The notes under the pieces: model-generated
What the model was told of the DNA's origin: nothing
Seen by the model: only the letters and a program-made list of their open reading frames with translations
Database searches by the model: none
Part shown: one piece after another, positions 41,759-52,224 of the stretch
Layout: the number at the start of each line of letters is the position of its first letter
How positions within the stretch are numbered: the first letter of the stretch is position 1
Source: an uncultured delta proteobacterium
GTDB taxonomy: Bacteria > Desulfobacterota > Desulfobacteria > Desulfobacterales > SG8-13
Length of the DNA: 64,000 nt
Assembly: GCA_963848135.1 (NCBI GenBank)
Contig: CAWKCK010000018.1
Coordinates: 448,938-512,937, forward strand
Reading direction: 5' to 3'
Position numbers and translations under genes: made by a program

Positions 41759-43150
41759 ATGGCCCACGACACGATTTTGCTGGTAGACGATGAAACCGAT
41801 CTCATTCACGGACTTCAGCGAACCATTGCCATGGAAATCGATTGCCACGTATTGGTGGCTGAAAACGGTATCGAAGCACTTGGTGTTATATCGGCCAACG
41901 CAGTGGATGTGGTTCTCGCCGATATCCGCATGCCGGAAATGGATGGACTGAACCTTTTAAAGGAAATTAAATCCCGCAACCCGGCAGTCACCGTGATCAT
42001 CATGACCGCTTACGGCTCCATCGAGAAAGCCGTTGAGGCGATTAAAATCGGTGCCTACGATTTTATCCAAAAGCCTTTGGATGAGGAACGACTGATCCAC
42101 CTGCTACGAAAAGGACTCGAGTTGAACCGGCTGGTTCGTGAAAATGAGCGCCTTATGGAGAAAATGCGCCTCCATGATAGTTTTGCTAACATGATTGGCC
42201 AAAGCAAACCCATGCGGGACACCTTCGAAAAAATCCGTATGCTGGCCCAATCCGACGCAACCGTATTCATTCGAGGAGATACCGGCACCGGAAAAGATTT
42301 GGCGGCACAGGCCATCCACAACCTCAGCCCACACGGTCACCGCAAAATGATCACGGTTAACTGCCCGGCCCTTCCGGAAACGATATTGGAGAGTGAATTA
42401 TTCGGATATCGAAAAGGCGCTTTCACAGGCGCCGTCGAAGATCGGAAGGGGTTGTTTGACCAGGCCCATGGAAGCTCAATCTTTCTCGACGAGATCGGGG
42501 ACCTGACGATCCCGGTTCAAACCAAGCTTCTGCGCGTCCTTCAGGAAAAGGAAATCAAGCCGTTGGGGTCCAATCGCAGTCATTCAGTCGATGTGCGTAT
42601 TTTGGCGGCCACCAATCAAGACCTTGCAACCAAAATTCGGAAGAGCCTTTTCCGAGAAGATTTGTTCTATCGCTTGAACGTGGCCCCGTTAACCATGCCG
42701 CGACTTGAAGACATGCGAAGCGATATTCCACTACTGGTGAATCACTTCCTTGAACTTGTTGCCGCTGAGCAAAACAAACCCCCAAAAACCATCGCCCCGG
42801 AAGCTCTCAACTACTTTCTCGGCCGCGAGTGGCCCGGCAATATTCGAGAGTTGGAAAATATGATCCGGGGTTTATATGCTTTCACATCAGATCAAGAAAT
42901 AACGCTTACGCATGTGGACACAAATCCTCAACCAGGGGTACCCGAAAATAGGGAAATGGATCTGGTAAAACCTTACCAGGAACTGAAGGAACGTGTTGTC
43001 GAAGCCTTTACGCGTGAATACCTGAATCATCTGCTGAAACAAACCAATGGGAACGTATCTGCTGCCGCCCAAATCGGAGGAATGAAACGCCAGTCCCTTC
43101 AAAAAATTATTAAGCGCTACAACCTCGCTGTTGATTCATTTCGCAGGTAG
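41759..43150 (+). CDS. Sigma-54-dependent response regulator (NtrC family)
   Basis: REC, GDTGTGKD Walker A, ESELFG, GAFTGA, FREDLFYRLNV, WPGNIREL, Fis-type HTH; ATG at 41759. Confidence 0.93.
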   Translation: MAHDTILLVDDETDLIHGLQRTIAMEIDCHVLVAENGIEALGVISANAVDVVLADIRMPEMDGLNLLKEIKSRNPAVTVIIMTAYGSIEKAVEAIKIGAYDFIQKPLDEERLIHLLRKGLELNRLVRENERLMEKMRLHDSFANMIGQSKPMRDTFEKIRMLAQSDATVFIRGDTGTGKDLAAQAIHNLSPHGHRKMITVNCPALPETILESELFGYRKGAFTGAVEDRKGLFDQAHGSSIFLDEIGDLTIPVQTKLLRVLQEKEIKPLGSNRSHSVDVRILAATNQDLATKIRKSLFREDLFYRLNVAPLTMPRLEDMRSDIPLLVNHFLELVAAEQNKPPKTIAPEALNYFLGREWPGNIRELENMIRGLYAFTSDQEITLTHVDTNPQPGVPENREMDLVKPYQELKERVVEAFTREYLNHLLKQTNGNVSAAAQIGGMKRQSLQKIIKRYNLAVDSFRR

Positions 43151-43457
43151 AATCACAGTTCTATTCAATGAATTCAAGCCGCAATCAAGACTGCCTGTGG
43201 GGTCGAATATTTGATCGCTTTTCATCACTTCGACCACTGCCCCCTTCCAGAGGCATCGCCAACTCAAGGCTGCACCCACCCCGGGCTTGACTTCTTGTGG
43301 TTAACAGCACAACCGCAGTAACTGTAACCATTCGTTATTTCTACAGTATTTATTATTTTTTTAATACCTTTCATTTGTCATTCCGCATTCCAGCCCGCAT
43401 CGATGCCATCTACAAGCGGCATATGCAAGCCCTGAGACGCCGACCATTACATCAAAT

Positions 43458-43496
43458 AAACATTTAATATCAATATGTTATTGATATTAAATGTTT
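43458..43496. repeat. Perfect 18-bp AT-rich inverted repeat abutting the sigma-54 promoter
   Basis: AAACATTTAATATCAATA-tgt-TATTGATATTAAATGTTT. Confidence 0.85.
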
Positions 43497-43512
43497 TGGC
43501 ATGTTCATTGCT
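43497..43512 (+). promoter_or_regulatory. Sigma-54 (-24/-12) promoter
   Basis: TGGCATGTTCATTGCT = GG-N10-GC, between an NtrC-type activator gene and the transporter gene. Confidence 0.8.
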
Positions 43513-43655
43513 CAAAAATGAAAATTGTATCATACATCGAGCGATTCTGCGCTTAGGCCATCATCTCCATGCAAAAACCCTGGGAGCGAAACAGGGGTTT
43601 TATGGATATACCCACACACACAATGATAACTTAAAGAGAAAGGAGTCTATTGGAA

Positions 43656-45413
43656 ATGGCAAGCAATCCAGATGTGGTTAAAGATGTCGGCAAATGGGAG
43701 TGGTCCGAATTACTAAAAAAGGAAGACTGGTGGGCGGTTTGGCTCGGTTTCGCACTCCTGATCGCCGGAATGCTCATCTATTTTCCCCAGTCCGGAGTTA
43801 TGAAAGGCAAGCTTGAAGAGGCTCAAGCCAAGTATGGAGAAGCCGCCAAGCGGACAGACAAATTTAAGACCATAGCATGGTTCCAGCTCTATGATGCGAA
43901 AAAGAAGGTCAAGGCGCTGGATATCCCAGCCGGTAAATGGCTGAAATCATTTTCCGGCAAGCCCAAGAAGTGGTCCAGCAATCCGGCGGAAGCATTTGTC
44001 TTGGATTCGGCAACGGCCGATGCGCGCAAAGCCAAAGCAGTTACCAAATACGAGGCGGCTCAGGCCAAGGAAAAGGAAGCTTTCGCTCTCGCTATGGCCG
44101 CTGAGCAGGCCGCTGAAGCTGCCGGGTTTAACGATGCGGCACTCAACGCCGAGGCTAAGAGTAAGATCGAGGCCTGGCGGGACACGCACCTGGCGGCCAG
44201 CAAAGCCAAAGGTAAAACCAAAGTCAAAGCGTACAATCAAATTTTTAAGCTGATCGGCTTGGGCATATGTTTTGCCATATTCTTTGGTATCGGCATCGCC
44301 GCCATGGGACAATCCTTTGGTAAATTCGCTGTCGGCTTTATCTTTGTATTCGGCGTGGCGGTACTCGCCTATATTGCCGCCAACCAGGCCACAATGAAAC
44401 ATTACGGTATTGGGTATGCGGCCTGGGCAATCTTTTTCGGTATGCTCATCAGCAACACCGTGGGTACGCCCAAATGGGCCATGCCGGCGGTTCAGACCGA
44501 GTACTATATCAAAACCGGTCTGGTGCTCTTGGGCGCCAAAATCCTTTTTGAAAAAATAATCGTCATCGGCACAGCCGGCATCTTCGTCGCCTGGGTGGTC
44601 ACGCCCACCGTCTGGTTTCTGACCTACTGGTTCGGGCAGAAAATAGTGAAAATGCCGTCCAAACGTCTCAATGCCACCATTTGTTCAGACATGTCGGTTT
44701 GCGGTGTGTCGGCAGCCATTGCAACCGCTGCAGCCTGTAAAGCCAAGAAAGAAGAGTTGACGCTCGCCGTCGGCCTATCGCTCGTTTTCACGTCGATTAT
44801 GATGATTGTCATGCCGATTATTATCAAGGGCTTTTTCCCCGTAGACAAGCAATTGATTCTTGGTGGTGCCTGGATGGGCGGCACAATCGATGCCACCGGT
44901 GCTGTTGCAGCTGCCGGTGCTTTTCTTGGCGAAAAAGCGCTTTATGTAGCGGCCACGATCAAAATGATCCAAAACGTATTGATCGGCGTCATCGCCTTCT
45001 TTGTGGCCCTATACTTCACCACCAAAGTCGAAGCCGCAGAAACCGGGCAAAAAGTCGGTGCCATGGAAATCTGGTACCGTTTCCCCAAGTTTGTCATCGG
45101 CTTCATCGCGGCCTCTATCATCTTTTCGCTGATCTATACCAGTTTTAACGGCCAAATCAGCGGATTGGGTTCGGCAATGATCGACCAGGGCGTTATCAAG
45201 GGAATGGGCGATCTTTTCCGGGGTTGGTTTTTCTGTCTTTCCTTTGTGAGCATCGGACTGGCCACCAATTTCAGAGAGCTCAGAGAGCACTTCGTCGGCG
45301 GCAAACCGCTGATCCTTTATGTATGCGGCCAGTCTTTCAACCTCATGCTGACCTTGATCGTCGCTTACATTATGTTCTATGTTGTATTCCCAGAACTGAC
45401 GGCTACCATTTGA
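43656..45413 (+). CDS. YeiH/UPF0324 putative sulfate exporter family membrane protein with periplasmic insertion
   Basis: EDWWAVWLG, EYYIKTGLVLLGA, SVCGVSAAIA, GAWMGGTIDATGAV, RFPKFV; AAGGAG RBS. Confidence 0.88.
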   Translation: MASNPDVVKDVGKWEWSELLKKEDWWAVWLGFALLIAGMLIYFPQSGVMKGKLEEAQAKYGEAAKRTDKFKTIAWFQLYDAKKKVKALDIPAGKWLKSFSGKPKKWSSNPAEAFVLDSATADARKAKAVTKYEAAQAKEKEAFALAMAAEQAAEAAGFNDAALNAEAKSKIEAWRDTHLAASKAKGKTKVKAYNQIFKLIGLGICFAIFFGIGIAAMGQSFGKFAVGFIFVFGVAVLAYIAANQATMKHYGIGYAAWAIFFGMLISNTVGTPKWAMPAVQTEYYIKTGLVLLGAKILFEKIIVIGTAGIFVAWVVTPTVWFLTYWFGQKIVKMPSKRLNATICSDMSVCGVSAAIATAAACKAKKEELTLAVGLSLVFTSIMMIVMPIIIKGFFPVDKQLILGGAWMGGTIDATGAVAAAGAFLGEKALYVAATIKMIQNVLIGVIAFFVALYFTTKVEAAETGQKVGAMEIWYRFPKFVIGFIAASIIFSLIYTSFNGQISGLGSAMIDQGVIKGMGDLFRGWFFCLSFVSIGLATNFRELREHFVGGKPLILYVCGQSFNLMLTLIVAYIMFYVVFPELTATI

Positions 45414-45519
45414 TCGGAATATGGGACATACCAAGCCAATGTAAACTCGCATAACACAGGCATCTCGGTGGCTTAATCCGCCATCGGGATGCCCAGACAA
45501 GTATTTAAAAGGCATCAGA

Positions 45520-45888
45520 ATGACTGCATTCTCAAAAGATAAAACGCCCGGGTTGAAGCAACGGCGCAAAAGCCGTCTTAAAGCTTGGGGACAATTGGTC
45601 AGCGTATTCTTGCTCCTATGGGTGTTCGCCACTGCGGTCGGCCCTTGGCTGGAGACCCGCATCCCGACATTCAATAAAATCGTCGAAACCATAGAAGAAC
45701 AGGATATAGATTCCGGCGCTTATTTTTATTCGGAAATAAAAGGTTCTTACGATGGTGAACGGTATTTGCGGGATGCTTTGGAGCTGGGTGCCCCGGATGA
45801 GATCGGATTAACGTTTTCCTTCGTTTCCGGAATTGTCATTTGCCTTTTAATGCTGTGGCTCGGCTTTCGCTATATGCCTGTGGAATGA
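45520..45888 (+). CDS. Hypothetical membrane protein
   Basis: Two TM segments, ID.GAYFYSE motif; co-oriented with neighbours. Confidence 0.65.
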   Translation: MTAFSKDKTPGLKQRRKSRLKAWGQLVSVFLLLWVFATAVGPWLETRIPTFNKIVETIEEQDIDSGAYFYSEIKGSYDGERYLRDALELGAPDEIGLTFSFVSGIVICLLMLWLGFRYMPVE

Positions 45889-46460
45889 TGGAAATGAAAA
45901 AAAACCTGATCATCGCTTACGAACAAATGCAAGCCCAGCGGCTGGCGAGCAAGGTTATCTTCAAACCGCCTTTGGCTATCTGGTACATTATCATACCGGT
46001 CATATTTGTACATTACTTCTACCGCCTCCAGATTTATTCCCAAAATCGGAAGGCGTTCGTTGCCCACTACATGCGTGCCCGAATACGGACCTTAGAAGCC
46101 GTAGCCAATGCCCTTGCGGAAGGCCGCAACATTACCGTCAACGAAGTCACTGCCCATACCCGCACACCGGCAGAGGCCATGGCCGAATACAATGCCTGGA
46201 TGCGTATACTGATCGACCACTACACTGTTATGCTTCAAGCGAAGGGGAAGGATTTCGATGAACTTTTGCGTTTGGCGTATCGCTCTCGTAGCAATTATCT
46301 GCAGTTCGCCAACCAGCTCGGCAACACCGAGAAACGACTGAATATAGCCCTTACCCCCAGCCTTGCCGCTGAAAATAGCGATGTGGCCAAAACCATCTCT
46401 CTGATCGAACAGCAGGTTCAGCGGATGAGACGTGAAGAAGCCGACCGTATTTTCCAATAG
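45885..46460 (+). CDS. Conserved hypothetical protein
   Basis: ATGA overlap with the upstream stop; KPPLAIWYIIIPVIF hydrophobic patch then helical region. Confidence 0.65.
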   Translation: MMEMKKNLIIAYEQMQAQRLASKVIFKPPLAIWYIIIPVIFVHYFYRLQIYSQNRKAFVAHYMRARIRTLEAVANALAEGRNITVNEVTAHTRTPAEAMAEYNAWMRILIDHYTVMLQAKGKDFDELLRLAYRSRSNYLQFANQLGNTEKRLNIALTPSLAAENSDVAKTISLIEQQVQRMRREEADRIFQ

Positions 46461-46605
46461 GTTGCAATTCGGACGCCGGCAGCAAGATCGTCAACTCATA
46501 TACAGTTTCAGTATCCTTCTTCACTCGTCAACGATAACCGCACGCCCCGAATTCCGCTTCTCCCTTAGCCCCTCTCGCTCCCTTCAATAATATCTTCATC
46601 AGATT

Positions 46606-46902
46606 TTACCAAAGTCCAATAGCAAAAACGTTGTACTCTGTTTTTGCACCCAGATGTATCTCCATATTTTTGTTCAGCTCCAACCGCCGTGGATCTTTTT
46701 CCCAAGCCTGCCAATGTTCTATGGTCGTCCATTTGCTGATGACGATGCACTCCTCTGGGCGCTCCAGGTTAAAAAATGTTTCACCCGAAATGTAACCCGG
46801 TTGCCGCACGGCAAGGGCTCTGATTTCAACAATATGCGGCAGAAAGACCTTTGCGTTCGTTCCATCTCTTGCAAGGCGCTTGATTAAAACTCCAATTGCC
46901 AT
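46606..46902 (-). CDS. Antibiotic biosynthesis monooxygenase (ABM) family protein
   Basis: A..QPGYISGET, VISKW.T.E.W.AW. Confidence 0.85.
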   Translation of the reverse strand: MAIGVLIKRLARDGTNAKVFLPHIVEIRALAVRQPGYISGETFFNLERPEECIVISKWTTIEHWQAWEKDPRRLELNKNMEIHLGAKTEYNVFAIGLW

Positions 46903-47071
46903 GTTGTGCTCCTATCTGTGACCCTTAACGATCGTAAACAAGATGGGATATGTTTTTATATAATTGAATTAACGAGCAATGTGTAATTAAACATGCATTC
47001 TATTAACTCTTCTCTTGGTAAGTTGTATTTGTTTTGTTTTAATCCCATTTTCTTTACCCAGCGGGAAAACC

Positions 47072-47155
47072 GATGCAGCCCCATCTCCTGCGTTATCAAA
47101 GGTTCGCAGTATACGCATACGGCTTCACCCTTGAATGTCTTGGACCCGGGGCATC
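47072..47155. repeat. Intergenic imperfect palindrome (REP-like)
   Basis: GATGC..CCC...GCGTT...GTAT-acgc-ATAC...CTTG...GGGGCATC nested complementarity. Confidence 0.4.
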
Positions 47156-47688
47156 CTCGACTTTCGCTCAATTAGGGTGTGACCTAAAGTTCTATTACAT
47201 TTGCCTGCTAAATATGAAGAAACTCATCAGGATAAGTGATGAGAGAAGAACCTATATACGGGAGAATCCAAATTGAAGAGAGGAACAGATTTGTATGAGA
47301 AGCGTGTCGCTGGCCGCAGCCCAAGCGAAATTTAAGTAACAGAAACAATTCAGGTTCTGCTGTACCCTAATGGGCCATTTCCCATAATATATATTTATAA
47401 CAATGTCCGGCTTGCTTTCAATGATTGTATTGTAGTGAGCGATGAACCCAATTCGTTACCCGTGCATACGGGAAATGTCGACCCGCAGCGTGACAAATGA
47501 ATTTCCGTGCGGCACGCCGCGGGAAATTAGACCCTAAAACTGATTAATAAAGATTCACCGGAATCTCGACCCACCGGCGGAGTTATACTGTTAAGCACAC
47601 CCATAACCATAAGACAGATGCGATCAGCTTCAAGAATTTCGTTGTAGATGATTGCGACCTGCAGTCGCTTAAGCGTTTCTTTCCAATA

Positions 47689-48120
47689 TCAGTTCGATCC
47701 GATGGATGTTTTCCAACTCTGTCCAAAGTCCGCAAAGGGCCTTATTTCCTGTATCTCAAAAGCGACATACGCATGAATCATCTTGTTGGCCGTTTCCGCG
47801 CCGACTTTTTTGGCGATCAGGGCTCTTATACCTTCCAATTTTTCGCCTGACTTCTGGCATTCGGTCATCGTCAAATAAACACGGACGCCCTTCCATTGCG
47901 GCGGCGTTTCACCAGGCTCCATTATCATGAAAACGGCGTTCGGGTTTTCGGCCAGGTTGGAAAGGGTGCGGTTGGTTCCCATTCCGATAACGACGGTTTT
48001 TTCATCTGCCATGTGAGCCGACCCGAAATAGGCCACATCGACCTGACCTTCTTTGCTCGCCGTACTCAGGGTACCTAACCGCGGTTGTTTGTTGAAATAG
48101 TCCATCAATTCTTTAGACAT
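47689..48120 (-). CDS. Pyridoxamine 5'-phosphate oxidase-like FMN-binding protein
   Basis: GTLSTAS.EG.VDVA, NRTL.NL.ENPNA, WKGVRVYL. Confidence 0.8.
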   Translation of the reverse strand: MSKELMDYFNKQPRLGTLSTASKEGQVDVAYFGSAHMADEKTVVIGMGTNRTLSNLAENPNAVFMIMEPGETPPQWKGVRVYLTMTECQKSGEKLEGIRALIAKKVGAETANKMIHAYVAFEIQEIRPFADFGQSWKTSIGSN

Positions 48121-48217
48121 GGGAGGGCCTCCTTAAGATTTTGAATGGTTCCAAAAGTGCAATGCATCTCATTTGAAAAATTCAGCCTGCCCTTTCAGCA
48201 AAGTTTAGACCCTGAGG

Positions 48218-48988
48218 TCAGGTTACCTGTCCACCAGCCGCCCGTTTCGCTGCTTGCCAGGCCTTTTCAAGCAGCGCCAGCGTTCCTGGGCGGATCTCGG
48301 TCTTAAGTCCATATTTTTCGGTAAATTCCTTTGTGTTTTTCCTTAATTCATCTTCAGCCAGAACGGTCGTGGGCAAAAGAAGGCTTCGTTCGTAGTTTCC
48401 CATAAGGCGTTGCAGGATCTCGTCCTTTTTTTGAATCAGTTTTTGGGGAACATCCGAAGACAAGATCTTTTCCCAATGCCTCGAGAACCCCGCGTTCATG
48501 AACATAGTCCCCGCGCACAGGCACTGTTCTTCATAATAGTTTTCTCTGCCACCGATGATCAGGCTCACACAATCGTCCACCGGTCCTTCCTTATCCATTG
48601 GAAGCATTACCGGTATGCGGATATCTTTGAAAAGTTCGTCGGTATTTATCAACGCGTTACCACAAAGTCCGTAGCCCAGAAGAACAGCATCGACAAACGG
48701 TGCAATTTCTTTGACTGCTGCCTTGATCTCCCGCGTTAAAGTCTTTATGCTGGAATGAAGTCCAACCTCCATGACCCGGATCATCACCGCAAGGCCGTCA
48801 GTTTCGAATTTTTCGACGTGCGTTACCCTGCTTACGCGTTGAGGAGTATCATATTCCAGAATCTCTATAAATTCCCGGGAGAATTGATCATCGACAATCA
48901 AGATTTCCGAAACGGAGGCATCATTAGAAAGCATGTGAGCGAACTCCATCTCCAATATCTGACAAGTCACCACACCCAGTTTAGTCAT
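48218..48988 (-). CDS. DUF1638 domain protein
   Basis: VVTCQILE, E.GLH, LLGYGLCGN, VDDCVSLIIGG. Confidence 0.8.
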   Translation of the reverse strand: MTKLGVVTCQILEMEFAHMLSNDASVSEILIVDDQFSREFIEILEYDTPQRVSRVTHVEKFETDGLAVMIRVMEVGLHSSIKTLTREIKAAVKEIAPFVDAVLLGYGLCGNALINTDELFKDIRIPVMLPMDKEGPVDDCVSLIIGGRENYYEEQCLCAGTMFMNAGFSRHWEKILSSDVPQKLIQKKDEILQRLMGNYERSLLLPTTVLAEDELRKNTKEFTEKYGLKTEIRPGTLALLEKAWQAAKRAAGGQVT

Positions 48989-49170
48989 TTGAGACTCCGA
49001 TGCGCATGAATCTTTTTGTCCGCAGGATCAAACCTTGACTGGCACGTGTCGAAGGTAGGCTGCCTGCATCAAAATTAAACAAGGGATATCGGTTTTCCGC
49101 AAAGGTTTATTCCTAATCTGCCAGAAACCATCTTCATTTGACAACTTTTTTTATGGGTTCAACCTAAAAA

Positions 49171-49205
49171 TAAAACGCGGATTCAAATTGAATTTCCGCG
49201 TTTTA
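49171..49205 (-). terminator. Intrinsic terminator downstream of the RRM gene
   Basis: TAAAACGCGG...CCGCGTTTTA stem with flanking A/T tracts. Confidence 0.6.
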
Positions 49206-49303
49206 TGGATGGGATTCTCACAGAGATAATGTTTCGGCTGATCTTCAGTGGTGCCTCAAACCAAGGCCTTGGAAAGGCTGGATGTCTGGAAAGAAAAGCG
49301 GGA

Positions 49304-49585
49304 TTAGTATCTTTTTCTGCGAAAGGATTGTTTGGAACGTTTTCCGCCAGGGTTGGCCGGATTAACCTTGATGTTTCGTCCGTCTATCAATTTTCCGTTT
49401 AAATCCTTGATTGCGAGATCCGCTTCCGAGTTATTCGGCATTTCAACAAAGCCGAATCCTTTGGGCCTGTTGGTAAACTTGTCCATGATAACTTTTGCAC
49501 TCTCAATTTCTCCGAAGGCGGCGAACATATCCCGCAGACTGTCCTCTGTGATGCTGTATGGTAAATTGCCGACATAGATATTCAT
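49304..49585 (-). CDS. RRM (RNP-1) RNA-binding protein
   Basis: MNIYVGNL (RNP2), KGFGFVEM (RNP1). Confidence 0.93.
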   Translation of the reverse strand: MNIYVGNLPYSITEDSLRDMFAAFGEIESAKVIMDKFTNRPKGFGFVEMPNNSEADLAIKDLNGKLIDGRNIKVNPANPGGKRSKQSFRRKRY

Positions 49586-49640
49586 AAGGTATCCTTTCAA
49601 CCCATTAACCAGAATATTGAATGATTTTTTTCACGGAAAT

Positions 49641-49680
49641 AAAAAAGGCATTTCCTCATTTTGAGAAGAAATGCCTTTTT
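49641..49680 (-). terminator. Intrinsic terminator downstream of the csp gene
   Basis: AAAAAAGGCATTTC...GAAATGCCTTTTT. Confidence 0.7.
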
Positions 49681-49698
49681 CGATTCAAAATTAGAGAA

Positions 49699-49899
49699 CT
49701 ACACGACTGTCACATTGACAGCGGCAGGACCTTTTTGTCCCTGCTCTATGTCGAATGTAACTTGGTCGCCTTCATTGAGGGATTTGAAACCGGAAGAATT
49801 AATTCCTGAATGATGAACAAAAACATCCGGACCGTCTTCCTGCTCGATGAAGCCGAAACCCTTGCGGTCATTGAACCACTTAACGATTCCACTAGCCAT
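49699..49899 (-). CDS. csp: Cold-shock protein
   Basis: [36 protein letters not shown]. Confidence 0.95.
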   Translation of the reverse strand: MASGIVKWFNDRKGFGFIEQEDGPDVFVHHSGINSSGFKSLNEGDQVTFDIEQGQKGPAAVNVTVV

Positions 49900-50249
49900 G
49901 ACAACTTCCTCCTTTCATAAATGTTCTCAACGTCTCTATCTGGAGGATGCCACAGTAACTAATGGATTGTTCCCTCAGACTGAACGGCCCTGCCAACCGA
50001 TGGTAGGGCTGAATTGATTAGATCAACGATAACCCCTATTTGAAACGAATGCAAGTGAATTATCGAACTTTTCCCCGGATTTTCATCAGTTGACTTATCA
50101 TTCGGATCGTGGTTATAGCTCAATGTCATCTTGTCCTTGTGCTCTGGCCCGGAGTCACCATGAAACCAATTGATAATTTTATTCATGGAATTAAAGGTTT
50201 AGATCGATATAACCATTTAAAATTTACTGTTCAGGAGGGAGGAAGTACG

Positions 50250-51011
50250 ATGATGAAAAAGCTTGCTATAATTTTAATTTTGGCCCTGGCCCTATCTGCA
50301 ATGTCAGTAGCCGGTCCGGCGGTTGCCGCCGATAAAGTGTACATTAATGGTTTCGATGCCGCCTATCCACCGTTCTCTTTCATTGACAAGGCCGGCAATC
50401 CGGCGGGATTCGATATCGATGCCGTTAACTGGATCGCCAAGGAAATGGGATTCAAGGTCAAGCACCAACCAACAGATTGGGCAGCGATCGTGCCTTCGTT
50501 GAAAGCCGGAAAAATCGATTTCATCGCCTCGGGCATGAGCATTACCCCGGAGCGTCAGGCGCAGGTCAATTTTACCGAACCATACTGGCAGGTTATCCAG
50601 TTGATGGTGGTCAAAAAAGACGCCGATGTTACCGTCGATCAATGTCTGGAAGCGGGCCGCAAGATCGGGCTGCTGCGCGGCAGTGCGGAATACAAATGGG
50701 TCACTGAAAATCTTTTAAAAAAAGGTTATAAATTCGAACTCAGGCCGTACGACACCACGCCATTAGCCATCGAAGATGTGGCCAATGGCCGCATCGACGG
50801 GGCGACGGTTTCCAACACCGCACTCAAAGAAGCCACCGACCAAGGTCTGCCGGTAAAAAGTATCGGCCGATACGGTCAACCGGATGTCAACTATGGTTAC
50901 GCCGTTCGCAAAGAAGACAAGGAATTTTTGGACACTTTGAACGAAGGGCTCAAACGCTTGAAAGCCTCCCCGGCCTGGCAGGAACTGGTCAAGAAGTATG
51001 ACATGAAGTAA
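50250..51011 (+). CDS. Polar amino acid ABC transporter substrate-binding protein
   Basis: Signal peptide, YPPF, GFDID, SGMSITPER, FTEPY; ATG after GGAGG. Confidence 0.9.
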   Translation: MMKKLAIILILALALSAMSVAGPAVAADKVYINGFDAAYPPFSFIDKAGNPAGFDIDAVNWIAKEMGFKVKHQPTDWAAIVPSLKAGKIDFIASGMSITPERQAQVNFTEPYWQVIQLMVVKKDADVTVDQCLEAGRKIGLLRGSAEYKWVTENLLKKGYKFELRPYDTTPLAIEDVANGRIDGATVSNTALKEATDQGLPVKSIGRYGQPDVNYGYAVRKEDKEFLDTLNEGLKRLKASPAWQELVKKYDMK

Positions 51012-51099
51012 TATATTTATGCCATGACCCGGAAGGCGGCGATGTCGTGCCTTCTGAAAATGTAAACTAATCAACACACCCGCGACAATTGAAGCATAT

Positions 51100-51140
51100 G
51101 GGAAGGCCGCGCCGAGGAACCAAGCGGCCTTCCCGTTTTT
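51100..51140 (+). terminator. Stem-loop/terminator after the substrate-binding gene
   Basis: GGGAAGGCCGC...GCGGCCTTCCC followed by GTTTTT. Confidence 0.7.
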
Positions 51141-51192
51141 ATCCGTTGAAACCTCTACCCCGAAGGGTTAAGAGCAAGATGGAATTCCAATC

Positions 51193-51864
51193 GTGACATC
51201 GGGCTGGCATGCGGCACTTGAAGGCCTGCCATACATTCTAAAGGGCATCTGGGTGACCCTTACCGTCGTGGCCGGGGCCCTGTCGATGGGCCTTGTTATC
51301 GGTCTGGTCCTTTCGGTGGTTCAGGTTTATGGAAACCGGGGGTTGCGGCGGTTGGTGGGGATATACGTCTGGTTTTTTCGAGGAATCCCCCTGCTTGTGC
51401 TTCTGTTTCTTTTTTACTTCGGTGTCCTGGGCTTCTTGCGGATCGAACTGTCACCTTTCGTGGTGGCCATTATCGTTTTGGGATTGATCAGTTCCGCATA
51501 CCAGTCTCAGATTCTGCGCGGGGCGATCCTTTCACTGTCCGAAGGCCAGTTTAAGGCCGCGCGTGCCATTGGTATGAGTGATGCTCAGGCCATCCTGTTT
51601 ATCATTCTGCCACAAGCGATGCGGCTTGCCCTGCCAGCCTGGTCCAACGAATACACGATTTTACTGAAAGACTCCGCCGTAACCTATGCCCTTGGCGTGA
51701 CCGAAATTATGAGCCGTGCCAACCATGTGGCTGCCAGAACCTACCAGCACTTTTGGCTTTATGTCCTGGCCGGTTTTATCTTCATGGCGTTGACCTATAT
51801 CGGAACAAAAGGACTGCAGATGTTGGAGAAAAAAGTCGCTATCGCAGGATATACAGCGCAATGA
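51193..51864 (+). CDS. Amino acid ABC transporter permease
   Basis: FRGIPLLV, SAYQSQILRGAI, GQFKAARAIGM, ILPQA. Confidence 0.92.
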   Translation: MTSGWHAALEGLPYILKGIWVTLTVVAGALSMGLVIGLVLSVVQVYGNRGLRRLVGIYVWFFRGIPLLVLLFLFYFGVLGFLRIELSPFVVAIIVLGLISSAYQSQILRGAILSLSEGQFKAARAIGMSDAQAILFIILPQAMRLALPAWSNEYTILLKDSAVTYALGVTEIMSRANHVAARTYQHFWLYVLAGFIFMALTYIGTKGLQMLEKKVAIAGYTAQ

Positions 51865-52002
51865 CCCAAATATTTCATCCTGAAGTGAGCGTTTCAAATT
51901 TTAAATGAAGGGGGAACTGCTTTATTTATAAGGAATTCTATCAAAGTTCGATTTTAAAATTTGAACCCCGTCGGGATTGCCGATCTTTATCCGCCTCTGG
52001 AG

Positions 52003-52084
52003 GGTTGCCGCATCTACGGCGTCATATGCCATCCCGCATAGCTGACTATAGCGAAATGGCATCTTCCTTGTAGCTGCGGCAACC
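52003..52084. repeat. Long intergenic palindrome (REP-like) inside the ABC operon
   Basis: GGTTGCCGCA.CTAC..ATGCCAT..ATAG-ctga-CTAT..ATGGCAT..GTAG.TGCGGCAACC. Confidence 0.6.
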
Positions 52085-52224
52085 TCGACAATCGATCAAA
52101 TTAGGTTCATGTAAAAAACCGAAAAGGCCAGCAATCGATCGGTACGCTACCGTTTTCAGCCTTATCATGGCTGTGCAAATGGGAGAATACCGCTCGTGAC
52201 TTAAGCAAGTTGGGAATCAACGGT

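Noticed and set aside
49040..49056. TGGCACG as a sigma-54 promoter
   Set aside because: No GC at the -12 position, and it points away from the adjacent gene.
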